A stretch of 26,674 nucleotides of DNA from Kofleriaceae bacterium (GCA_046597055.1 JBKJLC010000099.1:1-26674), one strand, 5' to 3'; counted from the first letter of the stretch, positions 10,120 to 23,398 are shown. Numbers and translations: made by a program. The notes: a model not told the origin generated them from the letters alone.

Positions 10120-10986
10120 TTGGAAAGGGGGTTTTTGGCTGCGGGACGAGTCGCGACGGCCATGGTCGCGCTGCTGCTGGTGCTCGCCGCCGGCTGCTCC
10201 CGGGATCGGGCGGCCACGGGCAAAGCAGCCAACAAGATCGTGTGCTTGACGCCGAGTGCGACCGAGCTGGTCGCGGCCCTGGGCGCGACCGATCGCCTGG
10301 TCGGGGTCGACGATTACTCGACCTATCCCCCCGAGGTGACTCAGCTTCCACGCGTGGGCAGCTTCCTGCGGCCCGATGCCGAGGCCATCGTCCGCCTTCA
10401 TCCGGATCTGGTGATCGCGGACGACATCCATACCGATGCGGCCGAGGCCCTGCGCGGCGCCGGGATCGACACCCTCCTGGTCCCGATGCATGCGCTCCCC
10501 GATCTCCAGCGGGCGTTCACCACGGTCGGCACCCGGATCGGCCGGTCCGAGGCCGGCGTCGCCCGCGCCCGCGAGATCGATGATGCGATCGAGGCGGTCC
10601 GGGCCCGCCGCCGCGGCGCTGGCCTGAAGGTCCTCATCGTCATCGATCGCGAGCACGGCGGGCTCGGCAACATGATCGCCGCCGCGCCCGGCAGCTGGAT
10701 GGACGAGCTGATCGCGATCACCGGCGCCCAGAACGTGCTGGCAGGCGCACCGGTCCGCTATCCGAAGGTCTCGGCCGAGGAGATCCTCCGCGGCAAGCCC
10801 GACGTCATCCTCGACGTCTCGTACGCGGCCGATCCGGCGACCGCGCTCGCGACCTGGGCCGCGCTGCCCGACGTGCCGGCGGTGGCCAACGGTCGGGTCC
10901 GCGTGCTGAAGGATCCGTACTTCCTGGCGCCGTCGCCCCGGGTCGCCGAGGCGCTGGCCGGGCTCGAAGCCGCGTTCGCGAAGTAG
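10120..10986 (+). CDS. btuF: Helical-backbone ABC substrate-binding lipoprotein, BtuF-like (start uncertain: TTG 10120 or ATG 10162)
   Basis: Lipobox LAAGC; IVCLTPSATELVAALG..LVGVDDYSTYP; EAIVRLHPDLVI; PKVSAEEIL. Cobalamin specificity is inferred from nrdJ and cobT context. Confidence 0.78.
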   Translation: MERGFLAAGRVATAMVALLLVLAAGCSRDRAATGKAANKIVCLTPSATELVAALGATDRLVGVDDYSTYPPEVTQLPRVGSFLRPDAEAIVRLHPDLVIADDIHTDAAEALRGAGIDTLLVPMHALPDLQRAFTTVGTRIGRSEAGVARAREIDDAIEAVRARRRGAGLKVLIVIDREHGGLGNMIAAAPGSWMDELIAITGAQNVLAGAPVRYPKVSAEEILRGKPDVILDVSYAADPATALATWAALPDVPAVANGRVRVLKDPYFLAPSPRVAEALAGLEAAFAK

Positions 10987-10994
10987 CGCCGCCG

Positions 10995-13349
10995 TCAGCG
11001 CGGCGCGGGCGCAGTGGCCCGCGCCGGGGCCGCGGGCGCGCCGTCGTAGCGGCGGGCCGCGATCCGGCCCAGCGCGCCGGCGAGCAGGTAGCAGAGGCCA
11101 CCGACGATGAACGTGGCGGTGAAGCCGGTGTAGAGCGCCATCACGGTGGCGGCGACCGTGCCGAACACCGAGGCCGCGCCGTTGACGCCCCAGCCCCACG
11201 GCACCAACGTGCTGCCGGCCCGGCCCAGGATCCGCACCATGCTCGGGACCATCGTGCCCATCAGGAGCCCGAGCGGCGCGACCAGCATGCCGGTGATGAA
11301 GATGCGCAGGGTCAGCGGGATCGAGATCATCGAGCGCAGCAGGTCGCCGAGGACCAGGCCGTAGATCGACACCGCGACGCCGAGCGCGGCGCCGGCGATC
11401 AGCAGGATCTTGCCCAGCCGCGCCTCCTCGAACCGCCCCGAGATCGACGAGCCGACCGCGGTCGAGAGCAGCACCACGAACAGGATGACGACCAGCGAGT
11501 ACGACGGGTGGCCGAGGAACAAGCTGAACCGCTGCAGCAGCGCGATCTCCACCAGCATGAACGCGAACCCGACCAGGGCGAAGTAGCCCAGCACCGCCAG
11601 CTGGGTGGAGCTGCTCTCGGTGCGGCGCGGCCCGCCGCCCTGCACCACCCGCAAGACCAGCGGCAAGATGACGAAGAAGAGCGCCAGGGTCACCACCGAG
11701 CCGAGCGACACCAGGATCCACAGGTCGGGGTCGGCGATCGTCTTGCCCTTCAGCTCGAGCAGGCGCCCGAACTTCTTGTAGTAGAAGAAGAAGGGCCAGT
11801 CGTCGGTCGGCGGCCGCAGCTCGTCGCGGGCCGCGCGGACCACGGCCGACCACGCGCCGGCGTCGACGTAGCGCTCCAGCTGCGAGCTGCCGTCGGTGTT
11901 CGGCGACAGCAGCACCACCAGGTCGGCGGCGGCCGCGCCGGCCTCGAGCCGCGCCAGCTCGTCGGGGGTGAACGGGGTCCGCTTGGCGACCATCGTGCCC
12001 TGCGGCTCGATCTTGCTGATCGCGAAGAACATGTGCTTGCGGGTCTGGCCCGGCTTGATGCCCAGGGTCTCGAGCGCGCCGGCGACCAGCACGATCAGGC
12101 GCGGGCTCTCGGCCACGCCCTGGCCGTCGACGCCGCCGAAGAAGCGGGTCATCGTCACCACGCCGCGGTCGGTGAGGTGGGCGAAGTAGTCCTGGAACGC
12201 CTCGATCGTGTAGAGCGTGTTCTCGGTCAGCGCGAACGCGCCGGCGCCGCTGGCGGCCCAGGTGTCGACCAGCGACGCCTGGATCATGTCGAACTTCTTG
12301 TCCTGACGACGGATGAAGCTACGGCCCTCGTCGATGACGATCTCGACGCGCGGGTCGCGGTAGAGGCCGCCCGAGAAGGCCAGGTAGCGCTCCTGCATGA
12401 TCTTCTCGCCGATGATCGGATTGATCTCGACGCCGGTGATGTGCTTCGCGCCCGCGCTGAGCGCGAACAGCACGTCGCGCCCGCCACCGGGGCCGATGAT
12501 GAGGACGTCGTCGGGCGGCGGCGCGAACACCGCGAGCGCCAGCGCCGAGATCTCCTTCTGGTACAGGTCGGGCCTGGCGTTGCGCAGGTCGTGGATGACG
12601 GTGGCCGCGCCGGCGTCGATCTTGATCATCTGGCCGGTGTCGACGGTGACGCGCGAGAAGGTGTTCCAGTGCTCGAAGGCGATCTCGCCTTCCCACTTCA
12701 CCGAGCCGACCTTCACCACCGGGTAGATCACGTTGACCAGCACCAGGCCGACGCCCAGCGCCGGCGCCAGCCAGCGCGCGCGGCCACCGCGATCGAACAG
12801 CGACGCGGCGCCGAGCGCCGCAGCCGCGCACACGATCACGGCGGTGGGCCCGCCGACCAGGGCCAGGATGAGGCCGGCGGTGAGCGCGGCGACCGCGGCG
12901 CCGACCAGGTCCCAGAAGTAGACCCGGTTGACGTTGTCGCGGAAGAAGGTGAGCGCGAGCGAGACGACCACGCCGGCGAAGAAGAACGGCAGCGCGGTGA
13001 CGCCGATCAGCAGGACCAGCTGCCAGAACACCCGGCTCGACCAGGCCGGGATGGTGCCACTGCCGAAGATCGGGTTGGCCAGGATGAAGATGACCGCCAG
13101 GAGCGTCGCCATCGCGAACCGCCGCGAGTAGCGCGCGAGGTGCCCGGGCAGATCGGTCGCGAACCGCTGCTCGTGGAGGAACACGTAGACGCCACTGGCG
13201 GCGATCCCGAACATCGCCAGCCCGACGGCGACGAACGTGAAGTGATAGAACATCGTCGCCGAGAACAGCCTCGTGACGAGGATCGAGAGCAGAAGGTTGG
13301 CAAAGCACAGGAGTGCAATGCCCGCCAGGGTCGAGCGGTCTGCGCGCAT
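10995..13349 (-). CDS. Polytopic membrane protein with central spermidine-synthase-like SAM-binding domain
   Basis: N- and C-terminal TM bundles flank VLIIGPGGGRDV, VEINP, DEGRSFI and FDMIQASLVDT motifs. Confidence 0.85.
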   Translation of the reverse strand: MRADRSTLAGIALLCFANLLLSILVTRLFSATMFYHFTFVAVGLAMFGIAASGVYVFLHEQRFATDLPGHLARYSRRFAMATLLAVIFILANPIFGSGTIPAWSSRVFWQLVLLIGVTALPFFFAGVVVSLALTFFRDNVNRVYFWDLVGAAVAALTAGLILALVGGPTAVIVCAAAALGAASLFDRGGRARWLAPALGVGLVLVNVIYPVVKVGSVKWEGEIAFEHWNTFSRVTVDTGQMIKIDAGAATVIHDLRNARPDLYQKEISALALAVFAPPPDDVLIIGPGGGRDVLFALSAGAKHITGVEINPIIGEKIMQERYLAFSGGLYRDPRVEIVIDEGRSFIRRQDKKFDMIQASLVDTWAASGAGAFALTENTLYTIEAFQDYFAHLTDRGVVTMTRFFGGVDGQGVAESPRLIVLVAGALETLGIKPGQTRKHMFFAISKIEPQGTMVAKRTPFTPDELARLEAGAAAADLVVLLSPNTDGSSQLERYVDAGAWSAVVRAARDELRPPTDDWPFFFYYKKFGRLLELKGKTIADPDLWILVSLGSVVTLALFFVILPLVLRVVQGGGPRRTESSSTQLAVLGYFALVGFAFMLVEIALLQRFSLFLGHPSYSLVVILFVVLLSTAVGSSISGRFEEARLGKILLIAGAALGVAVSIYGLVLGDLLRSMISIPLTLRIFITGMLVAPLGLLMGTMVPSMVRILGRAGSTLVPWGWGVNGAASVFGTVAATVMALYTGFTATFIVGGLCYLLAGALGRIAARRYDGAPAAPARATAPAPR

Positions 13350-13590
13350 GGCGACCATATACACCAGCAGCCGGCCCGCCAGCTGCGCGGCGGCCCCCGC
13401 GGAGCGCGGGGTGTGATCCAGGGCTCTGCAGCGGACGCGGGCTGCCAGGCTTTGCAGCCGGCCAGTGATGCGGGCGGTCGTGGCCCCGCTGGTGCGAGAC
13501 CACACAGGAGGTGGCACGGCCGTCGGCAGCGCGGACGCGTTTCGCCACCCGGTGCGTTGGCCACCAGGTCGCCCAACCAAAGGACTCGCC

Positions 13591-14928
13591 ATGCCGCCCC
13601 TTCGCCTCGCGCCCCCCACCTCGTCGCACCCCCGGCCCACGCCGCGCCGGTGGTCCCGCCTCCCCAACGCACTCGCGCTGGCGGCGCTCGCGCTCGCCAG
13701 CTGCGAGCGCACCACGTCGGCGTCCACGCCGCCCTCGGCCACCGCCGACGCCCCGGCCGCGCTGAAGCCGCTCCCGCTGGCGCAGGCGGCACCGTCGGCG
13801 ACCGCGACCGCGGCCGCCGCCCGCCTGGCCCCGTCGATCCGCGATCTCGCGGTCGACCTCCACCGTCAGCTGGCGACCGGTGATGGCAACACGCTGGTGT
13901 CGCCGACCAGCGTCGCGATCGCCCTGGGCCTGGTGCAGCTCGGCGGCCGCGGCGACACCGCGGCCGAGCTCGCGCGCGCGCTCCATCTGCCGGCGGCGTC
14001 GGCGGACGGGGCCGCGCTCGCCGGGCTGTCGGCAGTGCTGCAGGGCAAGGGGGCCCGCTGGGAGCTCGCCTCGGCCAACCGGCTGTGGGCGGCCGAGCGC
14101 TTCACGCTCGAGCCGGCCTACCTGGCGAGCACCGGGGTTGGCCTCGAGCGCCTCGACTTCAGCAAGCCCGACGCGGCTGCAAGGGCGATCAACGGCTGGA
14201 TCGCCGCGCAGACCCGCAACCGGATCACCGATCTGGTGCCCGCCAGCCAGCTGAAGCCGTCCACCCGCCTGGTGCTCACCAACGCGCTCTACCTGAAGGC
14301 GGCATGGTCGACGCCGTTCGAGCCGGCGCTCACCACCGACGGCCGGTTCACCCTCCTCGATGGCACCGCGGCGGCGACCCGGCTGATGCACCAGACCGAT
14401 CACTTCCGGCTGGCGGCGATCGGCGGCGCCCACGCCGTCGAGTTGCCGTACGACGGTGGCGCGCTGTCGTTCGTCGCCATCCTGCCCGACGATCCCGCGG
14501 CCTTTCGCAGCTACGAGCGCGACCTCGACGGCCCGCGGCTGCAGGCGCTGCTCGACGGTCTCACGTCGCAGCAGGTCGCGGTGACCCTGCCCCGGTCGCA
14601 GATCCGGGAGAGGGTGTCGCTGCGCGAGGCGCTCGAAGCGCTCGGCGTCCGGGCGGCGTTCGGGAACACCGCCGACTTCAGCGGGATCTCGGGCGACCGG
14701 TCGCTGCTCATCGACGCGGTGCTGCACGAATCGTTCATGCGCCTCGACGAGCAGGGCACCGAGGCCGCGGCCGCCACCGCGGTGCTCATGAACGACGCGG
14801 CCGCCATGGCGGGCAGCGAGCCCTACGCCTTCGTCGCCGACCGGCCGTTCCTCTATCTCATCCGCCACAACCCGACCGGCGCGATCCTGTTCATGGGCCG
14901 CATGGCCACGCCCGCGCCCATTCCCTGA
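13591..14928 (+). CDS. Serpin family lipoprotein
   Basis: AAGGA SD, lipobox LASC, NTLVSPTSV, INGWIAAQTRNRI, LTNALYLKAAW, hinge EQGTEAAAAT, FVADRPFLYLI, ILFMGR. Confidence 0.93.
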   Translation: MPPLRLAPPTSSHPRPTPRRWSRLPNALALAALALASCERTTSASTPPSATADAPAALKPLPLAQAAPSATATAAAARLAPSIRDLAVDLHRQLATGDGNTLVSPTSVAIALGLVQLGGRGDTAAELARALHLPAASADGAALAGLSAVLQGKGARWELASANRLWAAERFTLEPAYLASTGVGLERLDFSKPDAAARAINGWIAAQTRNRITDLVPASQLKPSTRLVLTNALYLKAAWSTPFEPALTTDGRFTLLDGTAAATRLMHQTDHFRLAAIGGAHAVELPYDGGALSFVAILPDDPAAFRSYERDLDGPRLQALLDGLTSQQVAVTLPRSQIRERVSLREALEALGVRAAFGNTADFSGISGDRSLLIDAVLHESFMRLDEQGTEAAAATAVLMNDAAAMAGSEPYAFVADRPFLYLIRHNPTGAILFMGRMATPAPIP

Positions 14929-14975
14929 CCGAGCGGCCCGCAGCGGTGGCCGCACCGGCGTGCTACCAACGGCTC

Positions 14976-15733
<758 letters not shown>

Positions 15734-15737
<4 letters not shown>

Positions 15738-16780
15738 GCTCCGGGTTCCTGGTCGGCGGCGGCCGCCTGACCCCGGCGCGCCTGACGGCGGTGCTGGTCG
15801 GCTGCGCGGTCGTGTGCGGGCTGGTCGTGGTGCTGGCGCCGCTGATCGGCTCGGGCGCGGTCGGCCAGCCGCTGTCGCTGCTGCCGGTCTCGGCGATCTG
15901 GGACGGCGGCACCGACGGCGAGATCCTGTGGACCTGGCGGATGCCGCGCATCCTCGCGGCGATGCTGTGCGGGGCCGCGCTGGCCGGGGCCGGCTGCGCG
16001 TTCCAGGCGGTGCTGCGCAACCCGCTGGCCGAGCCGTTCACGCTCGGCGTGTCGTCGGGCGCGTCGCTGGCGGCGGTGGTCGCGATCCGGCTCGGCATCG
16101 AGGGCGTGCTCGGCACCGCCGGGGTCGGCCTGGCCGCGATCGTCGGCGCGTTCGCCGCGGTCGCGGTGGTATGGCAGCTGGGCCGGGTCGGCGACGCGCT
16201 GCCGCCGGCGACGCTGGTGCTCGCGGGCGTGACCGTCTCGATGTTCTGCTCGGCGGTGTCGCTGGCCGTGCAGTACACCGCCGACTTCGCCGAGGTCAGT
16301 CGGATGCTGCGGTGGATGATGGGTGGGCTCGAGTGGACGCGGTACGACACCGTGGCGCGGGCGGCGCCGCCGATCGCGCTGGCCGCGGCCGCGCTGATCT
16401 GGCACGCGCGCAGCCTCAACGCGCTGGCGGCCGGCCCCGAGGCCGCGGCCTCGGTCGGCGTCGACGCCGGGCGCACCTCGACGGTCGCGTTCGCCGCGGC
16501 GTCGCTGCTGGTCGGCGCCAGCATCGCGGTGGCCGGGCCGGTCGGGTTCGTCGGGCTGATCGTCCCGCACGCGCTGCGCGCCCTGTGTGGCCCCGATCAC
16601 CGGGTGCTCTTGCCGGCGTCGATGATGTGCGGCGGCGCGCTGCTGGTGGTGTGCGACACGCTCGCGCGCATCCTCGGTCAGCTGCCGGTCGGGGTGGTGA
16701 CCGCGCTGCTCGGCGGCCCGTTCTTCCTGATGCTGCTGGTGCGCGGCAAGCGCGGCGCGTCCTTGTGGAGCGTGGCGTGA
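15734..16780 (+). CDS. ABC permease, BtuC/FecCD family
   Basis: RMPRI, FQAVLRNPLAEPFTLGVSSGA, GFVGLIVPH, LPVGVVTALLGGPFF; ATGA overlap with the ATPase gene. Confidence 0.92.
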
Positions 16781-17721
16781 CCAGCGAGGTGCTCACGCAC
16801 GTGGTGTCATCGATCCTGCCGGCGTCCGGCGCGATGGCCGCGTCGGCGCGCGCGGCCGGCGGCGAGCTGGCGGCCTGGCTGGCCGGGGCCCGCCACGATC
16901 CCCGACCGGCGCTGGCGCGGCGCCTGGTGCTGGTGGTCGCCGCCGATCACGGCGTCCTCGATCCCGGGGTCGCGCTGGGCCGGTCGCACCCGACCATCGC
17001 CGCGCTGGTGGCGATCGCCGCCGGCGACGCCGCGCTGGTGCGGGTCGCGCGTGGGGCCGGCGCGCGGGTGCTCGCGGTCGACGCCGGCGTGGCCGAGCCG
17101 GCGCACGTCCCGGCCTCGGTGCTGGCGCTGTCACCCGGCCGCAGCAGCGGCGACCTCGCGCGCGGCGAGGCGCTGACCCGGGTCGAGGTGGTGGTCGCGC
17201 TCGAGGCCGGCATCGCGGCGGCGACCGCGCTGGTCGAGGACGGCCTCGACGCGCTCGCGCTCGGCGCGCTCGGGCTCGGCGGTGATCTGGCCGCGGCCGC
17301 GGTGATCGCCGGGCTGCTCGGCGCCGGCGCCGAGCTGGCCCCCGAGGACGGCCGGGCCCTGGTCGAGGCCGGGCTCGCCCACCTGCCGCCGGGCGCGTCG
17401 CCGCTCGACGTGTTGGCCGCGGTCGGCGGTCGCGACCTCGCGGTGCTGACCGGGGTCGTGCTCACCGCCGCGGCCTTGCACGTCCCGGTCGTGCTCGACG
17501 GGGTGGTCACGCTGGCCGCCGCGCTGCTCGCGGTGCGGCTGGCGCCGGCCGCCGCCGGGTACCTGCTCGCCGCGCATGCCGGCGGAGGCGCCGCCGCGGC
17601 CGCGGCGCGGACCGCGCTCGGGCTCACGCCGCTGGTCGCCGCGGGTCTCGGTCACGGCGAGGGCACCGGCGCGGTGATGACCTTGCCGCTGCTCGCGGCC
17701 GCCGCCGCCACGCTGGCGTGA
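16777..17721 (+). CDS. cobT: Divergent CobT-like nicotinate-nucleotide--dimethylbenzimidazole phosphoribosyltransferase
   Basis: AADHGV, VDAGV, VGGRDL, VVLDG and GEGTGA motifs; GTGA overlap with the permease. Several active-site motifs are degenerate. Confidence 0.72.
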   Translation: MTSEVLTHVVSSILPASGAMAASARAAGGELAAWLAGARHDPRPALARRLVLVVAADHGVLDPGVALGRSHPTIAALVAIAAGDAALVRVARGAGARVLAVDAGVAEPAHVPASVLALSPGRSSGDLARGEALTRVEVVVALEAGIAAATALVEDGLDALALGALGLGGDLAAAAVIAGLLGAGAELAPEDGRALVEAGLAHLPPGASPLDVLAAVGGRDLAVLTGVVLTAAALHVPVVLDGVVTLAAALLAVRLAPAAAGYLLAAHAGGGAAAAAARTALGLTPLVAAGLGHGEGTGAVMTLPLLAAAAATLA

Positions 17722-17742
17722 CCCGCGGCGCGGCCGGCCGGG

Positions 17743-19287
17743 TCACAGCGGCGGCGGCACGACCGCTTCGGACCCGGTGCAGGCCAGCACGCCGGTGCAC
17801 GGCTCGTCGTCGCCGGCGTGGAGCTTGACGAGCACCGGCTGCAGCACGCCATTGGCCAGGCCGCCACTGACCAGGAGCAGCACGGTGCGTGGCGCCGGGC
17901 CGGGCACGCTCGCGCGCACCGCCAGGCTGGGCGCGCACTGGCTCGAGGTCGGGGTCGGCGCCGCGTCGAGCGCCGCGTTGGCCTCGACGAAGCCGATCTC
18001 CCACTCGGCCTGGCGGGTGCCGCCGACCACGAACCACTGACACTGGGGCGACGTGCCGATCGGGCGCGCCAGCGGGCGACGATCCGGCCGGCACGCGCCG
18101 CCGGGACCACTGCGCGCGGTCACGGTGCAGTCGACCCGTGGCACCTGCAGGTCCTGGGTCGCGCACGCGATCGGATCGGCGTCCTCGAGGCACGCCGGAT
18201 CGGGCGTGATCGCGCACGCGCCGTCGGCCGTGACCGGCCCGCTGTGCCCGCCGCCCGGCTCGCACGCCAGCGTGTTCTCGCGCTCGCCCGCGTACTCGCC
18301 CTCGAGCTCGTCGCAGCGCGCGGTGCCGGTGTGGCACTTGCGGTTGTCGTCGCGGAAGAAGCACGGCAGCGGCGGCGGCAAGAACCCGTCGCAGCCGTCG
18401 TCCTCGGCGTTGCAGGCCTCGCCCGGGTTGATGGCGGCCGGGTTGTTGCCGTCGCGGTTCTCGTCGCAGTCGGCCGGCGTCACCGCGCAGGTGTGCTCGC
18501 CCGGCACCACGGCGCCGCACCCGGTGGTGCCGTTGCCGTCGCGATCGAGGCTCGGGTCGCCGCAGAACCCATCGCAGTCGTAGTCGACGTGGGTGCAGGT
18601 CGCGCTGTCCGCCTCGAACCGCGAGCCGAGGTAGACCTCGGCGGGATCGACCCAGGGCAGCGGACCGTCCGAGAACTCCATGCAGTCCCCGGCGCAGCTG
18701 GTCTGCCCGTCGCGATCGACGTCGAGCTGGTTGCGCGACGGATCGCGATCGTCGCAGTCGGCGACGCCGATCGCGCCGTCGCAGTCGCGGTCGTCCGGCG
18801 GGGCGATCTGGGCCTCGCTCCAGCGCACGCACTCGTCGTCGGCGCCGCTCTGCGCGCCGGCGTCGGGCCTCAGCGCGAGCGCGATCACGCGGACCTCGCC
18901 GGCGGCGAACGTGGTCGGCGTCGGGGCCGCGGCAAAGCCGACGATCGCGAAGCGCGGGCGGTCACCGTCGAGCCCGGCCGCGGCGGCGAGCATGAGCGGC
19001 CCGACCGCGGCCGGCGCCTGATCGGGCTCGAGCAGGTAGCGGAAGCCGGCGACCAGGGTCTCCTCGGTCGCCGGGATGGACAGGAACGCGTCGTCGTCGC
19101 TGGTGAACTGGGCGTCCTCGGGGGTCGGGTGGCCGACGTAGATGCGCAGCGTGTCGAAGTCACGGGCGTCGGGATCGAGCCGCTCGTGCAGCGCGTTCGA
19201 CATCGACACCTCGATCAGGATCCCGGTCTGGCCCTCGCAGGCGGCGGTCAGCACCAGCGCACCGACCAGGCACGTTCGCATCCCCAT
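17743..19287 (-). CDS. Lipoprotein with Asp/Cys-rich putative metal-binding (MopE-like) repeats
   Basis: Lipobox LTAAC; DRDCDG..DCDDRDP, DVDRDGQTSCAGDC, DYDCDG, EACNAEDDGCDG. Confidence 0.8.
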   Translation of the reverse strand: MGMRTCLVGALVLTAACEGQTGILIEVSMSNALHERLDPDARDFDTLRIYVGHPTPEDAQFTSDDDAFLSIPATEETLVAGFRYLLEPDQAPAAVGPLMLAAAAGLDGDRPRFAIVGFAAAPTPTTFAAGEVRVIALALRPDAGAQSGADDECVRWSEAQIAPPDDRDCDGAIGVADCDDRDPSRNQLDVDRDGQTSCAGDCMEFSDGPLPWVDPAEVYLGSRFEADSATCTHVDYDCDGFCGDPSLDRDGNGTTGCGAVVPGEHTCAVTPADCDENRDGNNPAAINPGEACNAEDDGCDGFLPPPLPCFFRDDNRKCHTGTARCDELEGEYAGERENTLACEPGGGHSGPVTADGACAITPDPACLEDADPIACATQDLQVPRVDCTVTARSGPGGACRPDRRPLARPIGTSPQCQWFVVGGTRQAEWEIGFVEANAALDAAPTPTSSQCAPSLAVRASVPGPAPRTVLLLVSGGLANGVLQPVLVKLHAGDDEPCTGVLACTGSEAVVPPPL

Positions 19288-19418
19288 GAACGCAGCATAG
19301 AGCCGGGCCGGGGCGCGACTCCACTGTCACCGCAACCGAGCCTGGTGCCTGGTGACCCTGATCGCGTGGTCGCCGCGACACCTACACGGGCGCGCGGCCC
19401 CGGCGCTCAAGAGGTCGA

Positions 19419-21668
<2,250 letters not shown>

Positions 21669-21689
21669 GGGCGGGGCCCGCGACGCATC

Positions 21690-21695
21690 ATTATA
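21690..21695 (-). promoter_or_regulatory. Consensus -10 box upstream of the kinase-TPR gene
   Basis: Perfect TATAAT 21 nt upstream of the ATG in a very GC-rich background. Confidence 0.6.
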
Positions 21696-21944
21696 GCGCG
21701 CGCAGTCACGGGGTTCCTGACACGCATGCACCTCGTGCGCCACCGGAGGGGAAGATCCGCGCCCGACCCGCAGGGACCGGCTGACTCGAACAGTTCCGAG
21801 ATGTTCGGCTCGGGTGGTACCGCGCCGGCCAGCCGGGCGTCCCGCCATGCCGTGCCGTGCCATGTCCGCGTGGCGGAAAACCGCGGGCACGAGTGTCGCG
21901 ATTCCACCACGCGGGCGCCGACCGCTCGCGGCGGGACCGCGAGG

Positions 21945-22298
21945 TCAGGCCAGCGCGCTGGCCCACTCGTCCTCGCGGAACCCGACCAGCGCGACGCCGT
22001 CGCCGAGCACCAGCGGGCGCTTGATCAGCTTGCCGTCGGCGGCCAGCGCGGCGAACGCCTCGGCGTCGCTCATCGCCGCCAGCCGGTCCTTGTAGTTGCC
22101 GTTGCGATACGACTCGCCGGAGGTGTTGAACAGCTTCTTCACCGGCACCCCGGCCGCGGCCGCCGCCTGGGCGAGCGTCGCCGCGCTCGGCGGCGCCTTG
22201 ACCAGGTCGACCTTGCGGTGCTCGATGCCCTTCGCGGTCAGCCAGGCCAGCGCCGTCCGGCACGTGCTGCACGCGGGGTACTGATAGACAGTGATCAT
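21945..22298 (-). CDS. ArsC/Spx-like (YffB-type) thioredoxin-fold protein
   Basis: YQYPACSTCRTA, LFNTSGESYR, LIKRPLV. Confidence 0.9.
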   Translation of the reverse strand: MITVYQYPACSTCRTALAWLTAKGIEHRKVDLVKAPPSAATLAQAAAAAGVPVKKLFNTSGESYRNGNYKDRLAAMSDAEAFAALAADGKLIKRPLVLGDGVALVGFREDEWASALA

Positions 22299-22387
22299 GC
22301 GGCGTTCATAGCAGCGCCCGCGTGGGCTTGTGAGGGCCGACGGCGCGCCCGGGCGTGCGCCGCCGCGCCGGGAGGGTAGATCTGTCC

Positions 22388-23389
22388 ATGGTCCCGCTGT
22401 CCCTGCTCGATCTCGCCCCGATCTGCGTCGGCAGTACGCCCACCGACGCGTTCCGCAACATGGTCGACCTGGCCCGCCACGCCGAACAGTGGGGCTACCG
22501 GCGGTTCTGGCTGGCCGAGCACCACAACATGACCGGCGTCGGCAGCTCGGCGACCGCGGTGCTGATCGGCCACGTCGCCGGCGCGACCGCGACGATCCGG
22601 GTCGGCTCGGGCGGGGTCATGCTGCCCAACCACGCCCCGCTGGTGATCGCCGAGCAGTTCGGCACCCTGGCCGCGCTCTACCCGGGCCGGATCGACCTCG
22701 GCCTCGGTCGCGCACCCGGGACCGACGCGCTCACCGCGCGCGCCCTGCGCCGCGATCGGGTCGACGCGGTCGACCAGTTCCCCGACGACGTCGAGGAGCT
22801 GCGCGCCTACTTCGCCCCGGCCCAGCCCGGCCAGCGCGTCCGCGCCGTGCCCGGCGAGGGCCAGGCGGTGCCGCTGTGGCTCCTCGGCTCGAGCACCTAC
22901 GGGGCCCGGCTGGCCGCCGAGCTCGGCCTGCCCTACGCGTTCGCCTCGCACTTCGCGCCCGATCAGCTCGACGTCGCGCTGCGCGGGTACCGCGAGCTGT
23001 TCCGGGCGTCGAAGGACCTCGACCAGCCGTACGCGATGGCCGGCGTCAATGTCATCGCGGCCGACACCGACGCCGAGGCGCGCCGGCTGTTCACCTCGCT
23101 GCAGCAGCAGTTCATCGCGCTGCGCCGCGGCACCCCGGGCCTGGTCCCGCCGCCGGTCGACGCGATGGACGGGCGATGGTCGCCCGACGAGCAGGCGATG
23201 CTCGAGCACACGCTGCGCTACACGATCGTGGGCGCGCCCGAGACGATCGAGCGCGGCCTGCGGGCGTTCGTCGCCAAGACCGGGGCCGACGAGCTCATGG
23301 TCACCGCCCAGATCTACGATCACGCGGCCCGGCTCCGGTCGTTCCAGCTGGTCGCCGAGGCCCGCGACCGGCTGGCGACCCAGGGGTAA
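22388..23389 (+). CDS. LLM class flavin-dependent oxidoreductase (YhbW-like)
   Basis: [49 protein letters not shown]. Confidence 0.93.
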   Translation: MVPLSLLDLAPICVGSTPTDAFRNMVDLARHAEQWGYRRFWLAEHHNMTGVGSSATAVLIGHVAGATATIRVGSGGVMLPNHAPLVIAEQFGTLAALYPGRIDLGLGRAPGTDALTARALRRDRVDAVDQFPDDVEELRAYFAPAQPGQRVRAVPGEGQAVPLWLLGSSTYGARLAAELGLPYAFASHFAPDQLDVALRGYRELFRASKDLDQPYAMAGVNVIAADTDAEARRLFTSLQQQFIALRRGTPGLVPPPVDAMDGRWSPDEQAMLEHTLRYTIVGAPETIERGLRAFVAKTGADELMVTAQIYDHAARLRSFQLVAEARDRLATQG

Positions 23390-23398
23390 GCTGGCCCG

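Noticed and set aside
9620..10120. Cobalamin riboswitch ahead of nrdJ or btuF
   Set aside because: AGGGAA-like words occur, but I found no accompanying conserved riboswitch core or B12 box on either strand by eye. An Infernal search would be decisive.
9640..10130. Chromosomal replication origin
   Set aside because: The boxes are all degenerate, there is no dnaA/dnaN context, and NrdR boxes plus a promoter explain the region better.
9617..10351. Long N-terminal extensions in the ORF track (nrdJ; similarly both kinases, btuF, the membrane protein, the ABC genes and cobT)
   Set aside because: The extensions are low-complexity and cross promoters or neighbouring genes; better starts have SD, -10 or overlap support.
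21844..21863. (GCCRT)x4 pentamer repeat or sigma54 site
   Set aside because: It is short, and the TGGCAC on the minus strand lacks the GC at the correct -12 spacing.
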